64,000 nucleotides of DNA from Nitrospirota bacterium (GTDB taxonomy: Bacteria; Nitrospirota; Thermodesulfovibrionia; Thermodesulfovibrionales; JdFR-86): positions 1,280,001 to 1,344,000 of the forward strand of contig CAVRJY010000001.1 of NCBI GenBank assembly GCA_963721805.1, read 5' to 3'. Positions 30,192 to 38,844 of the stretch are shown here, one piece after another. A program made the translations under genes and the position numbers. The number at the start of each line of letters is the position of its first letter. Position 1 is the stretch's first letter. The notes below the pieces were generated by a model. It was not told where the DNA came from. It made no database searches and saw only the letters and a list, made by a program, of their open reading frames with translations.

Positions 30192-31835
30192 TTATTCTAC
30201 TGCCTTATAGTCCACGAGCCTGCCCTCGAAGAGGTCCATCACCTCTTTGACCGTGGGGTCGGCCAGCGCGCGGGCTTTGAGGTCCACGGAAGGGGCCGCG
30301 ACGGACGCGGTCTTGCCGATAAGTATCGCGACCTTCGTGGGCGTATGCCTGATATCGGAAGCGAGCTTTTGAAGCAGTGCCGATTTCTTATCGAGCGAAT
30401 CCCTGCGGTGCGTGACATTGTCGCCGGTTATGGTGATAGATAGCGTGTCGCCGTCAAGCGCGGCCACCGCGTCTTCGCCGATATGAGAGGACAGCAGAGT
30501 GTTCATCCCCCTGAGCATCGCATCGAGCAGCGAGTCCGCATCCATCGGAGCGATATCGACAAGCTCATCTTCCTCGACGGGCGGTTCGTCCTCCTCGACA
30601 GGCGGCTCGTCTGTCACTATGGGGGCCTTGACCATCTTCGGGGCTGGAGGGCGCGGGGCCGGCATCTTGAGCGCCGGGGCGTGCTCGACCGGTTTAGGGT
30701 GGCCGTGGCCCAGGGCGGCTATCGCGTCCTTGAGCGTCGAAAACGTGGTAAGGTAGCTGACCTTCAGGAGCGCCATCTCGAGCGCGACCCTCGGCCATGA
30801 CGAGAACTTTATCTCGCCCTCGGCCTTGATCAGCTCATTAAGTATCAGGCTCAGGTGTTCTTCCGATAGACCCTCGGCAGCCTGCTTAAGCTGAGCCATC
30901 TCCTCTGAGGTGAGTTCGAGGGCGTCGCCGGTATCGGCCTTCATGATCTTCACGACCAGCAGGTCGCGGAAGTGCTTTATGAGGTCGCGGCCGAACCCGC
31001 GCAGGTCCGTGCCACGGCCCACGAGGTCCGAGACAATGGCGAGCACACCTGCGCGGTCGCCCGAGGTGCAGGCCAGCGCGAGGCTGTGGAGCGTTCTGAA
31101 GTCCGAGATGTCGAGCAGGCCCTTTACGTCGTCCTCATTAACGTGCTCGGAAAACGATGTGACCTGATCGAGTATCGTGAGGCCGTCGCGCATGCTGCCG
31201 TCTGCCGCGCGCGCAACGAGGCTCAGCGCGTCGTCCGTGATGCCGATGCCGTCGGTCGAGACGATATGCGCGAGCCGGGCCTTGATGTCCGAGGTCGAGA
31301 CGCGCCTGAAGGGCATGTGCTGGCAGCGCGAGAGTACGGTGGCCGGGACCTTCTTGGCTTCGGTCGTGGCCATGACGAATACGACATGCGGCGGGGGCTC
31401 TTCGAGTGTTTTGAGCAGCGCGTTGAAGGCCGAGGTCGAGAGCATGTGGGCCTCGTCGATTATATAGACCTTGTAGCGGCCGGAGGGGGCGTATTTAACG
31501 CGTTCGCGCAGATCGCGGACGTCATCGACGCTGTTATTAGACGCGCCGTCGATCTCGAGCACGTCGACCGAGCTTCCGTCCGTGATCGAGACGCATGACG
31601 AGCATACGCCGCAGGGGGTACTCGTGGGCCCGTCGAATGAGGTGCAGTTGAGGCCCATCGCGAGGATGCGGGCCGCCGTGGTCTTGCCCACGCCGCGCGG
31701 CCCAGCGAAGATGTAGGCATGGGAGATCTTACTCTGCGAGATCGCGTTTGCGAGGATCTGCACGATAGGGCCCTGTCCGACGAGGTCGTCGAACCGGCGC
31801 GGACGCCATTTTCTTGCCAGTACGAGGTAGCCCAT
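30192..31835 (-). CDS. dnaX: DNA polymerase III subunit gamma/tau
   Basis: LARKWRP, GPRGVGKTT, EIDGASN, DEAHML, SRC. Confidence 0.97.
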   Translation of the reverse strand: MGYLVLARKWRPRRFDDLVGQGPIVQILANAISQSKISHAYIFAGPRGVGKTTAARILAMGLNCTSFDGPTSTPCGVCSSCVSITDGSSVDVLEIDGASNNSVDDVRDLRERVKYAPSGRYKVYIIDEAHMLSTSAFNALLKTLEEPPPHVVFVMATTEAKKVPATVLSRCQHMPFRRVSTSDIKARLAHIVSTDGIGITDDALSLVARAADGSMRDGLTILDQVTSFSEHVNEDDVKGLLDISDFRTLHSLALACTSGDRAGVLAIVSDLVGRGTDLRGFGRDLIKHFRDLLVVKIMKADTGDALELTSEEMAQLKQAAEGLSEEHLSLILNELIKAEGEIKFSSWPRVALEMALLKVSYLTTFSTLKDAIAALGHGHPKPVEHAPALKMPAPRPPAPKMVKAPIVTDEPPVEEDEPPVEEDELVDIAPMDADSLLDAMLRGMNTLLSSHIGEDAVAALDGDTLSITITGDNVTHRRDSLDKKSALLQKLASDIRHTPTKVAILIGKTASVAAPSVDLKARALADPTVKEVMDLFEGRLVDYKAVE

Positions 31836-31860
31836 ATAGGTGGAGGTATTGCCTTCAATC

Positions 31861-31959
31861 AGGCAACGGCTTGCTGCGGCACACAGGCATAACGCTTACC
31901 GTTGCTTCCTTCCGGACCTGGCGGATTTCACATCGTCCCGTTGCGCAGGGCCATTGCCT
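31861..31959 (-). ncRNA. ffs: Signal recognition particle 4.5S RNA
   Basis: Domain IV core CAGGTCCGGAAGGAAGCA; complementary ends AGGCAATGGC/GCCGTTGCCT; upstream of dnaX. Confidence 0.93.
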
Positions 31960-32008
31960 GATTGAAAAAAACACCTCGCGTCCCGCGTCTTGCTGAGAGG
32001 TGAGTAAA

Positions 32009-32093
32009 CGGAGAGGGTGGGATTTGAACCCACGGTGAGTTACCCCACACACGATTTCCAGTCGTGCTCCTTCGGCCGCTCGGACACCTCTCC
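32009..32093 (-). tRNA. tRNA-Ser(GGA), CCA not encoded
   Basis: Acceptor GGAGAGG/CCTCTCC, anticodon arm CACGA-CTGGAAA-TCGTG, long variable arm, GTTCAAATC. Confidence 0.96.
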
Positions 32094-32131
32094 AAAAAAA
32101 CCTGAAAAATCAATAAAAAGCTTAGACGTGA

Positions 32132-32162
32132 ATTATATCATTTCCGCACGATGGTTTGTCAA
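32132..32162 (-). promoter_or_regulatory. Sigma70 promoter for tRNA-Ser/ffs/dnaX
   Basis: TTGACA (32162-32157), 19-nt spacer, extended -10 TGaTATAAT. Confidence 0.65.
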
Positions 32163-32257
32163 AACGGGCCGAAAGCGGCTGCAATTCCGGGATACTGCGT
32201 CGGTGAGAAGCTTGCCTCACTCATGACCGAATTGTTTAGGTAAGCTTTCTGCCCATA

Positions 32258-33025
32258 TCATGTTGATCCTATCTTAATAACATTGGCACTGTTCCGCGCC
32301 GAATATGCTTGGCTATGGCTATAAAATAGACCATAGAAAATATTGATATTATATCTATCAAGCAATTGTTTTTTGATTTCTCTCACATGGTAATTTCCGC
32401 CTCCTGACAACATTAAAGATGGTGCAATATGATATGGTTTTGTTTTTAATGTTTGTCCATCAAATACCTTAGGTTTTAATTCATTCAGAAGCCCAATAAA
32501 GCTGAACAGTAGTTCTGGAAATGGGTTTAAGTTTTTCACTTCACAAAATGATTTGAGATTACTATTGTCTACATAGCAATATTTACGACTTCCAGAGAAG
32601 AAATATTTTGGATCAGTCAAATTTGTTATTGTTCCTTGGTTAATAATAGATATGTCAGGAGTAACGTAAATACCAGAAGATCGTCCTGAAGCCACCGTTA
32701 AATTATGATGAATCTCGAAAATATGATTTGTTACAGTACCTTTATAAGTATATGTTTTCTGCGCGGTGAAATAGGAAAAATTACTAGGATATCCTGCTGG
32801 GCTAAGTTTATATTTAAACTTACCATCAATTAGGTTGTTGATGGTTATAGAATAACCATTATTGTCATAATGCTTAACGACACTGTTATAGGCTGACATC
32901 TCAAAATAGTCACTAATACGCTCGGCGTGATTTGAAATCGTTGCAGCATGTGCGCTAAGGAAATTAGAAATCTCATACTGGAGAAGGCGGATATCCTTAA
33001 ACGGGGACTTTGGCTTCCTTGCCAT
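32258..33025 (-). CDS. AT-rich hypothetical protein with a candidate PD-(D/E)xK nuclease motif
   Basis: 255-aa ORF; VTPDISII...FCEVK; composition far more AT-rich than flanks. Confidence 0.6.
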   Translation of the reverse strand: MARKPKSPFKDIRLLQYEISNFLSAHAATISNHAERISDYFEMSAYNSVVKHYDNNGYSITINNLIDGKFKYKLSPAGYPSNFSYFTAQKTYTYKGTVTNHIFEIHHNLTVASGRSSGIYVTPDISIINQGTITNLTDPKYFFSGSRKYCYVDNSNLKSFCEVKNLNPFPELLFSFIGLLNELKPKVFDGQTLKTKPYHIAPSLMLSGGGNYHVREIKKQLLDRYNINIFYGLFYSHSQAYSARNSANVIKIGST

Positions 33026-33026
33026 A

Positions 33027-33440
33027 TTACGCTAACCCATCTAAAGAGGTCTTAAGCTTATAGAGAAAAGTCTTCACATCTGAATAATCAAATATGTAAA
33101 TTGGTAGTCCGAATGTCCCAAGGATCCCATAAAAATCATTCGCCATTGACTGTAACGTGTCAGCCTCTGTTTTAGTGAGTTCGTTTTGTCCAAATTTAAT
33201 AATTTGGATAGGAGGCCTATCAGTTAATGATCTTGCACCTGATTCTAAATAGGCAATTACTCTATTGTAGAAAATAGACATAGCAATAAGAAGTTCTATC
33301 GATTCACGCTTTTTTATCCATTGATATTTTCTAGGATTATTCTTTAAGAGAAACGCTAACTCCTTCATCCTAAAGTCATACTCAAATATTAGCTGCCCAC
33401 GTAAATAATATGGTAGTCCTTTACAGAATTGTCTTATCAT
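33027..33440 (-). CDS. AT-rich hypothetical protein
   Basis: 137-aa ORF; stop 1 nt before next start; no recognised motif. Confidence 0.6.
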   Translation of the reverse strand: MIRQFCKGLPYYLRGQLIFEYDFRMKELAFLLKNNPRKYQWIKKRESIELLIAMSIFYNRVIAYLESGARSLTDRPPIQIIKFGQNELTKTEADTLQSMANDFYGILGTFGLPIYIFDYSDVKTFLYKLKTSLDGLA

Positions 33441-33607
33441 GTATTATTGACCTCATAATAATAATTTACTGCTAACTCAAAACGTAGTCAACTACTTACC
33501 ACTCAAGCCGTTATTGTCACTATGAATTTTCCTAATGAGAGAACTGCATTTTCAGGTTTATCTCTGGTCGCCACTTAACCATGTATAGGCGGCATACCAC
33601 ACCTCCC

Positions 33608-33663
33608 CGGAACTGGTCAATAGGAACTGGTTCCCAGGAACCAGTTCCCATGGTACAGTTCCG
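33608..33663. repeat. Nested palindrome
   Basis: CGGAACTG-N7-GGAACTGGTTCC-CA-GGAACCAGTTCC-N7-CAGTTCCG. Confidence 0.8.
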
Positions 33664-33899
33664 ACTTCTTGGTTTATCATCGCGCATGAGTAATAGCAAT
33701 ATGACACATATCATGTTAGGATTTGGCGAAAAGGGACACAATGAAGGTGAGCGCAGAACGAGGAAGGGAAGGGCGATGAAAGGAACCATGACAGAGGGGC
33801 GGGGCTACAGGCACACAATGGCTTGCGGAACTGCCTTTGGCCGCCCGGCTCCGGCATCCGAACAAAACCCCGAAAAACCGGCCAAAACATCCGAACATC

Positions 33900-34217
33900 C
33901 GAACAGGGGGCGCGGAAAGAAATGAGTATTGTCGCAGGGTTAGCCCCGGTTTTGACCCAAACATCCGAACGGAAAATGCAAAAACGCGCGCACACGCGCG
34001 CGAAATGCGTATATATGCCTATGACTGGCCCTCAAATCATGTCGTTGACCTTGGGGGCGCGGGGGTCCAGCGGCTGGGCCGCATCTAACCCCCGAAAGCG
34101 CGAGAAATCGTGTCAGACTAGGAACGGCGAGCAGACCGCCCGGAGGTGTACTGTGATGTACATTGAGGACGAGGCTTCGAGCCGTGACAACGTATCACGC
34201 GAGTTTCGCGCGCTTTC
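33900..34217 (+). repeat. Unclassified structured non-coding element, copy 1 (hairpin core 34094-34217)
   Basis: Colinear similarity to the reverse complement of ~42973-43290; core bounded by GAAAGCGCG/CGCGCTTTC with central TGTAC-N6-GTACA. Confidence 0.85.
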
Positions 34218-34225
34218 ATTTCCAC

Positions 34226-34262
34226 TTGACAAAAGGGTCGACCTAAGTTATAATTATTACAA
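34226..34262 (+). promoter_or_regulatory. Consensus sigma70 promoter overlapped by a Per-box-like operator
   Basis: TTGACA(34226)-17 nt-TATAAT(34249); TTATAATTATTACAA (34248-34262) is one mismatch from TTATAATNATTATAA. Confidence 0.8.
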
Positions 34263-34263
34263 G

Positions 34264-34692
34264 ATGAGAGAGCTTCTAAACAAGACCGGGATGAAGAAAA
34301 CTCCGCAAAGACTTGCGATTCTGGAGTTCCTGAAGGGTAATACCAGCCACCCTTCGGCCGAGGACATCTATGCGGCCGTGGTGGTAAAGTACCCGTCGAT
34401 GTCATTCGCGACGGTCTACAACACGCTCAACAAGCTCCGCGAGCACAGAAGCCTGCTGGAGCTGACGATAGAGCCGGGCCGCAAGCGGTTCGACCCGAAC
34501 CCGGCCCCGCACAACCACATGATCTGTACTAAATGCGGCAGGATCGAGGACATACACGAAAGCTTCTCGCTCGAGCTGCCGCGCGACGCGATGCTGGGAT
34601 TCAGGCTCACGGGGACGCACGTGGATTTCTACGGCGTATGCCCCTCATGCGACGAAAACGATACCACCAAGGGAGGCCCGATATGTGCGTAG
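34264..34692 (+). CDS. perR: Fur-family regulator, PerR-like
   Basis: TPQRLAIL, HPSAE, ATVYNTL, HNHMICTKC, CPSC; upstream of rubrerythrin. Confidence 0.8.
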   Translation: MRELLNKTGMKKTPQRLAILEFLKGNTSHPSAEDIYAAVVVKYPSMSFATVYNTLNKLREHRSLLELTIEPGRKRFDPNPAPHNHMICTKCGRIEDIHESFSLELPRDAMLGFRLTGTHVDFYGVCPSCDENDTTKGGPICA

Positions 34693-35117
34693 ACCATCGA
34701 GTGATCTGCAAGTGCGCGACGAATTCCGTGAGCTTCAACTTCCGCGACAACGTGATGCCGGAAAACGTGATCAGGGCTCTGTACTGCCCGCGCTGCTCGT
34801 CTGACCTCGCGTTTGACCCCGAGAGCATGGTGCGCGACAACACCTGGGTGATCGACTACGACATGGAGGTCGCTGAGTTCATGAAGCCCAAACTCCCGGC
34901 CGCCCGGATCACGCCGGAGTTCATATTCGACAAAGGCTATGCCACCTGGCGCGGCGTGTATCCGGGCGACGAGGTCGACTCGGCGCGCGAGCGCGAGGAG
35001 ATAGTGAAGCTCGCCAAAACCGATCCGAAGCGGTACTTCACGGAGTTTAAGACGTGGGCGGTAACCCGTATGGAACGCCTCAAGAGCGAAGGATGGAGGA
35101 AGGCGAATGAAGCTTGA
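34683..35117 (+). CDS. Conserved-looking hypothetical protein with CxC and CxxC motifs
   Basis: MCVDHRVICKC...LYCPRC; RBS GGAGG; overlaps perR end. Confidence 0.7.
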   Translation: MCVDHRVICKCATNSVSFNFRDNVMPENVIRALYCPRCSSDLAFDPESMVRDNTWVIDYDMEVAEFMKPKLPAARITPEFIFDKGYATWRGVYPGDEVDSAREREEIVKLAKTDPKRYFTEFKTWAVTRMERLKSEGWRKANEA

Positions 35118-35271
35118 AACCTTCGGTGAGACAGAGTTTCTCGTGCTGGTAGGCGTGGTCACGTGCCCCCGCTGCGGCGAGGACGTCGAGATCTGGAACG
35201 AGGGCTACGCGGAGGCGGTCTGCGATTATTGCGATTACAGGGTGTTCAGGAAAGAGCGCATCGTCCACTAG
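35107..35271 (+). CDS. 54-aa zinc-ribbon/rubredoxin-like protein (absent from ORF track)
   Basis: MKLETFGETEFLVLVGVVTCPRCGEDVEIWNEGYAEAVCDYCDYRVFRKERIVH; RBS GGAGGAAGG; overlaps upstream stop. Confidence 0.7.
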   Translation: MKLETFGETEFLVLVGVVTCPRCGEDVEIWNEGYAEAVCDYCDYRVFRKERIVH

Positions 35272-35314
35272 GCGCGCGCCTGAGAGCTAATAAATACAAG
35301 GAGGAAGCAATCAT

Positions 35315-35809
35315 ATGTCGAATTCCGAAGACGGGTTGAAGGCGGCGTTCGCCGGAGAGTCTCAGGCCAACAGGAAGTACCTCGCGTTCGCAAAACAGGC
35401 GGACAAGGAAGGCCTCAAGCAGGTCGCGAAGCTGTTCAGGGCCGCCGCGGAGGCCGAGACCGTGCACGCGAACAACCACCTCAAGGAACTCAAGGGCGTG
35501 AAGTTTACGCGCGAGAACCTCGAGGCCGCGATAGCGGGCGAGACATACGAGTTCGAGAAGATGTACCCTGCCTTCATCGAGGCCGCGCGCGCAGAGGCGA
35601 ACGAGGGCGCGCTGAGGAGCTTTAACTTCGCAAACGAGGTCGAGAAGATACATGCCGCGCTCTATAAAAAGGCGCTGGCGGAGATTGGCAAGAACGCAGA
35701 GACCGATTACTACGTCTGCCAGGTCTGCGGCAACACGGTAGAGGGCGAGGCCCCGGACGTGTGCCCCATATGCGGCGCGAAGAAACAGGCTTTTAAAAAG
35801 ATGGATTAA
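35315..35809 (+). CDS. rbr: Rubrerythrin
   Basis: AFAGESQANRKY, EAETVHA, GETYE, EKIHA, C-terminal CQVCG...CPICG. Confidence 0.95.
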   Translation: MSNSEDGLKAAFAGESQANRKYLAFAKQADKEGLKQVAKLFRAAAEAETVHANNHLKELKGVKFTRENLEAAIAGETYEFEKMYPAFIEAARAEANEGALRSFNFANEVEKIHAALYKKALAEIGKNAETDYYVCQVCGNTVEGEAPDVCPICGAKKQAFKKMD

Positions 35810-35859
35810 GCGGCATGGGGGCGACTCCCCTCGTTCCCGGCCGTTAATCATTTCTCTAC

Positions 35860-35900
35860 ACGGGGGGAGCCTTCCCCCATCCCCAAATGGCTCCCCCCGT
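35860..35900. terminator. GC-rich hairpin between convergent genes
   Basis: ACGGGGGGAGCC...GGCTCCCCCCGT 12-bp stem; no clear U-tract. Confidence 0.4.
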
Positions 35901-35920
35901 CCCTCCCCCCTTAGGGGGCG

Positions 35921-36460
35921 CTATCTGCCTCGATAGGAGTCTGAGTGATCCCGGTGTTTGGTCCAGTTGTCGGCGTAGAGCCGCGCGAGCCCGGCGTTTT
36001 TGATCATCAGCAGGTTCTCTGCGTTGTTCGTCTCGGCCGCGAAGGTGAAGTTGAAGCTCCCGGTTATGACCGTCAGCCGGTCGATGACCATGACCTTGTT
36101 GTGCGCGATCTCGTGGGCGTCGTCGATATACGTCCTGATCCCGGCATGGGCGAGGAAGTCCAGCGACGAGTAGCGCTCGGTCCGGTTGCTCCTGTCGAGG
36201 ATCACCTCGACACGGAGCCCTCTCTTGCGGGCGTCGGCGAGTGCCTTCGCGATCTCGCGGCTGGTGAACGAGAAGGCCTGTACCAGGACCTCCGTGCGCG
36301 CGGCCTCGATCTCATGGACGATGTATCGCGTGCACCCGCCGCCGGGGCTGAAGCACACGCGCGCAGGGGTGTTGTTGAGCGTGAGGTCAGCGGGATAGGC
36401 CGCCGGAGGAAGACAGAGAAGCAGCGACAGCAGGGCGCATGCGGATATACGGTTCAGCAC
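35921..36460 (-). CDS. Exported phospholipase D-family (Nuc-like) nuclease
   Basis: Signal peptide, FSPGGGC, single HNKVMVID...GSFN...NAEN motif. Confidence 0.88.
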   Translation of the reverse strand: MLNRISACALLSLLLCLPPAAYPADLTLNNTPARVCFSPGGGCTRYIVHEIEAARTEVLVQAFSFTSREIAKALADARKRGLRVEVILDRSNRTERYSSLDFLAHAGIRTYIDDAHEIAHNKVMVIDRLTVITGSFNFTFAAETNNAENLLMIKNAGLARLYADNWTKHRDHSDSYRGR

Positions 36461-36466
36461 GGGCGC

Positions 36467-36814
36467 TTATTTCTCATCGAGGTGGAACCTGTGCAGGAAG
36501 CGGTGATATACGGGGGCGAACAGTACGCCGACGAATGTCAGGAACGCGACCCCGCTGAAGAGTGCATAGAAGGCAGCGAAGAGCTTTCCGCCCTCTGATT
36601 CCAGATGGTCCACCGGGCCCATGCCGGTCAGGATCATCGAGGCGTTCAGGAACGAGTCGGTCCAGCCGAGGCCGCCCCAGACATGATACCCGAACATCCC
36701 GAGACCGAGCGAGAACCCCAGGATGAGGCACGAGAATCCCGCGTATCTCAATTGGCGGGCGGCGAAATCCCTCTTGCTCCGAAGCGGCTGGCTATGGTGT
36801 TCGAACATGTCCAC
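36467..36814 (-). CDS. Small two-TM membrane protein with channel-pore-like loop
   Basis: TM-WTDSFLNASMILTGMGP-TM. Confidence 0.7.
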   Translation of the reverse strand: MDMFEHHSQPLRSKRDFAARQLRYAGFSCLILGFSLGLGMFGYHVWGGLGWTDSFLNASMILTGMGPVDHLESEGGKLFAAFYALFSGVAFLTFVGVLFAPVYHRFLHRFHLDEK

Positions 36815-36883
36815 CTCCGCGGCAATTGTAACACGCCTGAGACCGCGAGACGCAGACTGGGAAGGGCAGGATGCGGCCGGGCG

Positions 36884-37306
36884 CTATCTGGCGTTTGCCT
36901 TGAGCGCGGCGTCGAAGGTTGTGAGCTTTCCCTTGTGGAGCTTTATGAACTCAAGCGCGCCGGAGCGGCTCGCGAACGCGACCGTGCTGATGCTGCTCAT
37001 CACGGGAGGGGCGTCGCTGCCGATGACATAGTAAGCTGTCTTTGCGTCAGTGAGATCTGCCGAGAGGTAATCGGCCACCTTGATGTCCACGGCGCCGGAG
37101 GCGTGCTCGCTAACATATTTGGAGACGCAGGCGAAGCTGCAGAATTTAAGGGTCGAGTGGTCACTGGTCTCGATCACGAGACGGGTGTGCATGTTCTGGT
37201 CTATCCACATCCCGCATACCGCGCAGTCTTCGCGCCCGGGCCCCTCGGCGGCGAGGGACCCGGCCATGAGCATTATCGTTAGCAGCGTTATGGCAATCAC
37301 GCGCAT
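36884..37306 (-). CDS. NosL-family metal-binding protein
   Basis: Signal peptide, CAVCGM, FCSFAC, AYYVIGSD, VAFAS. Confidence 0.8.
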   Translation of the reverse strand: MRVIAITLLTIMLMAGSLAAEGPGREDCAVCGMWIDQNMHTRLVIETSDHSTLKFCSFACVSKYVSEHASGAVDIKVADYLSADLTDAKTAYYVIGSDAPPVMSSISTVAFASRSGALEFIKLHKGKLTTFDAALKANAR

Positions 37307-37337
37307 CGGGCATTGTCCTGTCAGCGGGCGGGGAGTG

Positions 37338-37793
37338 TTATTTCCCCATTTTCATGCTCTCGGGTTCTTTGGCCCTGCGCTTGAGAGCATCCTTGAAGTC
37401 GAGGACCTTGCCGCCGAAGCCCTTTACGAACTTATGCGCCTCGTCCTTTTTCGCGAATGCTATCCAGCTCGGGGCGCACGCCGGCGTGGCCGAGCTGCCC
37501 ACGACGTAGTACATCTTGGCCGGGTCCGTCCACTCGCCGCTTATGAAGTCGCGAGCGCGTGCGGATTTAATCTTGTCCTTCTGCCCGGCCTGCACCCAGA
37601 GTCCGCAGTGCGGGCAGCAGTACATCGAGACCTTGCCGTCGGTGAAGGTGATCTCATATGCGGTGTTTTGGTTCTCGTCCATGTTCATCCCGCACTGGGC
37701 GCACTTGCCCATGTCCCCGGCGGCGAAGGCCGCGGTTGCGACGAACATCAGCGACACGGCGATCAGAAATGCTACGGCTAACTTCTTTCCCAT
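37338..37793 (-). CDS. NosL-family metal-binding protein
   Basis: Signal peptide, CAQCGM, YCCPHC, YYVVGS, IAFAKKDEA...FGGKV. Confidence 0.8.
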   Translation of the reverse strand: MGKKLAVAFLIAVSLMFVATAAFAAGDMGKCAQCGMNMDENQNTAYEITFTDGKVSMYCCPHCGLWVQAGQKDKIKSARARDFISGEWTDPAKMYYVVGSSATPACAPSWIAFAKKDEAHKFVKGFGGKVLDFKDALKRRAKEPESMKMGK

Positions 37794-37838
37794 ATGCCCT
37801 CCTTAAAGTTCTGGTTATAAGACTTCACCCGATGGCTC

Positions 37839-37867
37839 ATTATAGGGGAGGTTGCATGGGCTTGCAA
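37839..37867 (-). promoter_or_regulatory. Sigma70 promoter for the nosL-like genes
   Basis: TTGCAA-17 nt-TATAAT. Confidence 0.65.
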
Positions 37868-37980
37868 TAAGAATTTTAGAGATGGCATTGGCGGGGTTGG
37901 CCTGTCATGCGTTGAAGGTGCATGCCAGAGGCTGTTGCCTCTTGATAGCGCCGCGCATTTGGAAGTATCATGAAGTTATT

Positions 37981-38595
37981 ATGAGTGACCGCTTGAAATC
38001 CGGCCCCGATGGATTCCGGGCTATCCACGATGAATTCCGCGGGCGTATCCATCGGTATCTGTGCCGGATGGTCGGCGAGGCCGAGGCGGAAGACCTTACA
38101 CAGGAAGTGTTCATCAAGGTCGACAAGGCATTGCCCGCATTCCGGGACGAGTCTTCGGTCTCCACGTGGCTTTACAGGATCGCGACGAATGCAGCGCACG
38201 ATCACATGCGAAGCGCCTCCAGCCGGCACGAGTCGCTGCATGCTGAGTTGTCCGATATGGACGACGCCATGGCGAGCGAAGGATATGGCGGTGGCGCGCT
38301 CCACCTGGACGCAGCGTTGATTCGCAAGGACATGAATGACTGCATACGCGGCATCGTCGACAGCCTGCCGGAACCGTACAGGACGTCGCTCGTTCTGTGC
38401 GACATCGAGGGGCTGACGAACGCCGAGGTCGCCGAGGTTACGGGCATCTCCCTGGATTCCGTCAAGATAAGGCTCCATCGGGCTCGGACAAAGCTCCGAA
38501 TAGAAATGGAAAAGAAGTGTGTCTTCTACCGCGATTCTCGAAATGAACTGGCCTGCGACCGAAAACCTGTCAAGCTGAACCTCTCAGTAAAATAA
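37981..38595 (+). CDS. ECF sigma factor with short Cys-containing C-terminal extension
   Basis: AEDLTQEVF, TWLYRIATN, VKIRLHRAR, tail CVFYRDSRNELACDRK. Confidence 0.9.
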   Translation: MSDRLKSGPDGFRAIHDEFRGRIHRYLCRMVGEAEAEDLTQEVFIKVDKALPAFRDESSVSTWLYRIATNAAHDHMRSASSRHESLHAELSDMDDAMASEGYGGGALHLDAALIRKDMNDCIRGIVDSLPEPYRTSLVLCDIEGLTNAEVAEVTGISLDSVKIRLHRARTKLRIEMEKKCVFYRDSRNELACDRKPVKLNLSVK

Positions 38596-38844
38596 TTGTA
38601 TCTTTTCCCTCCCGGCTGCGTTTGCAGTGTGTCACCATTATCGCTAGGCAAGGAATTCCACGCCAGGTAGATACCAAAGACGAGCAGGCCATTCGGCACA
38701 GGGCCTGGCATCCGTAAGGGTGGACACATGGTCCGGTTTGCCGGGCTTCCATGGCATTAAACATCGTAGATAAGTCCGGACGGATTCTTTCTGTTGCTTT
38801 TATACTATATATACTCTAAAATTATTCGTTTATGAGGAAACAGT

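Noticed and set aside
30192..31835. dnaX programmed -1 frameshift signal
   Set aside because: No A-AAA-AAG or long A run was seen on the coding strand; only a short EPPVEED duplication in the linker.
34094..34217. Hairpin as an integron attC site or terminator
   Set aside because: It lacks RYYYAAC/GTTRRRY ends and a U-tract, and lies upstream rather than downstream of genes.
33823..34263. Long N-terminal extension of the Fur/PerR ORF and other ORFs across the element (e.g. 42935-43171)
   Set aside because: A consensus promoter sits just before ATG 34264; the peptide similarity between copies follows from the DNA repeat and the ORF bounds differ.
36884..37793. Nitrous oxide reductase (nos) cluster
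   Set aside because: Only NosL-like genes are present; no nosZ/D/F/Y.
38630..38770. Short minus-strand ORFs between the ECF sigma and RCC1 genes
   Set aside because: No convincing RBS or motif; possibly a gene remnant but unsupported.
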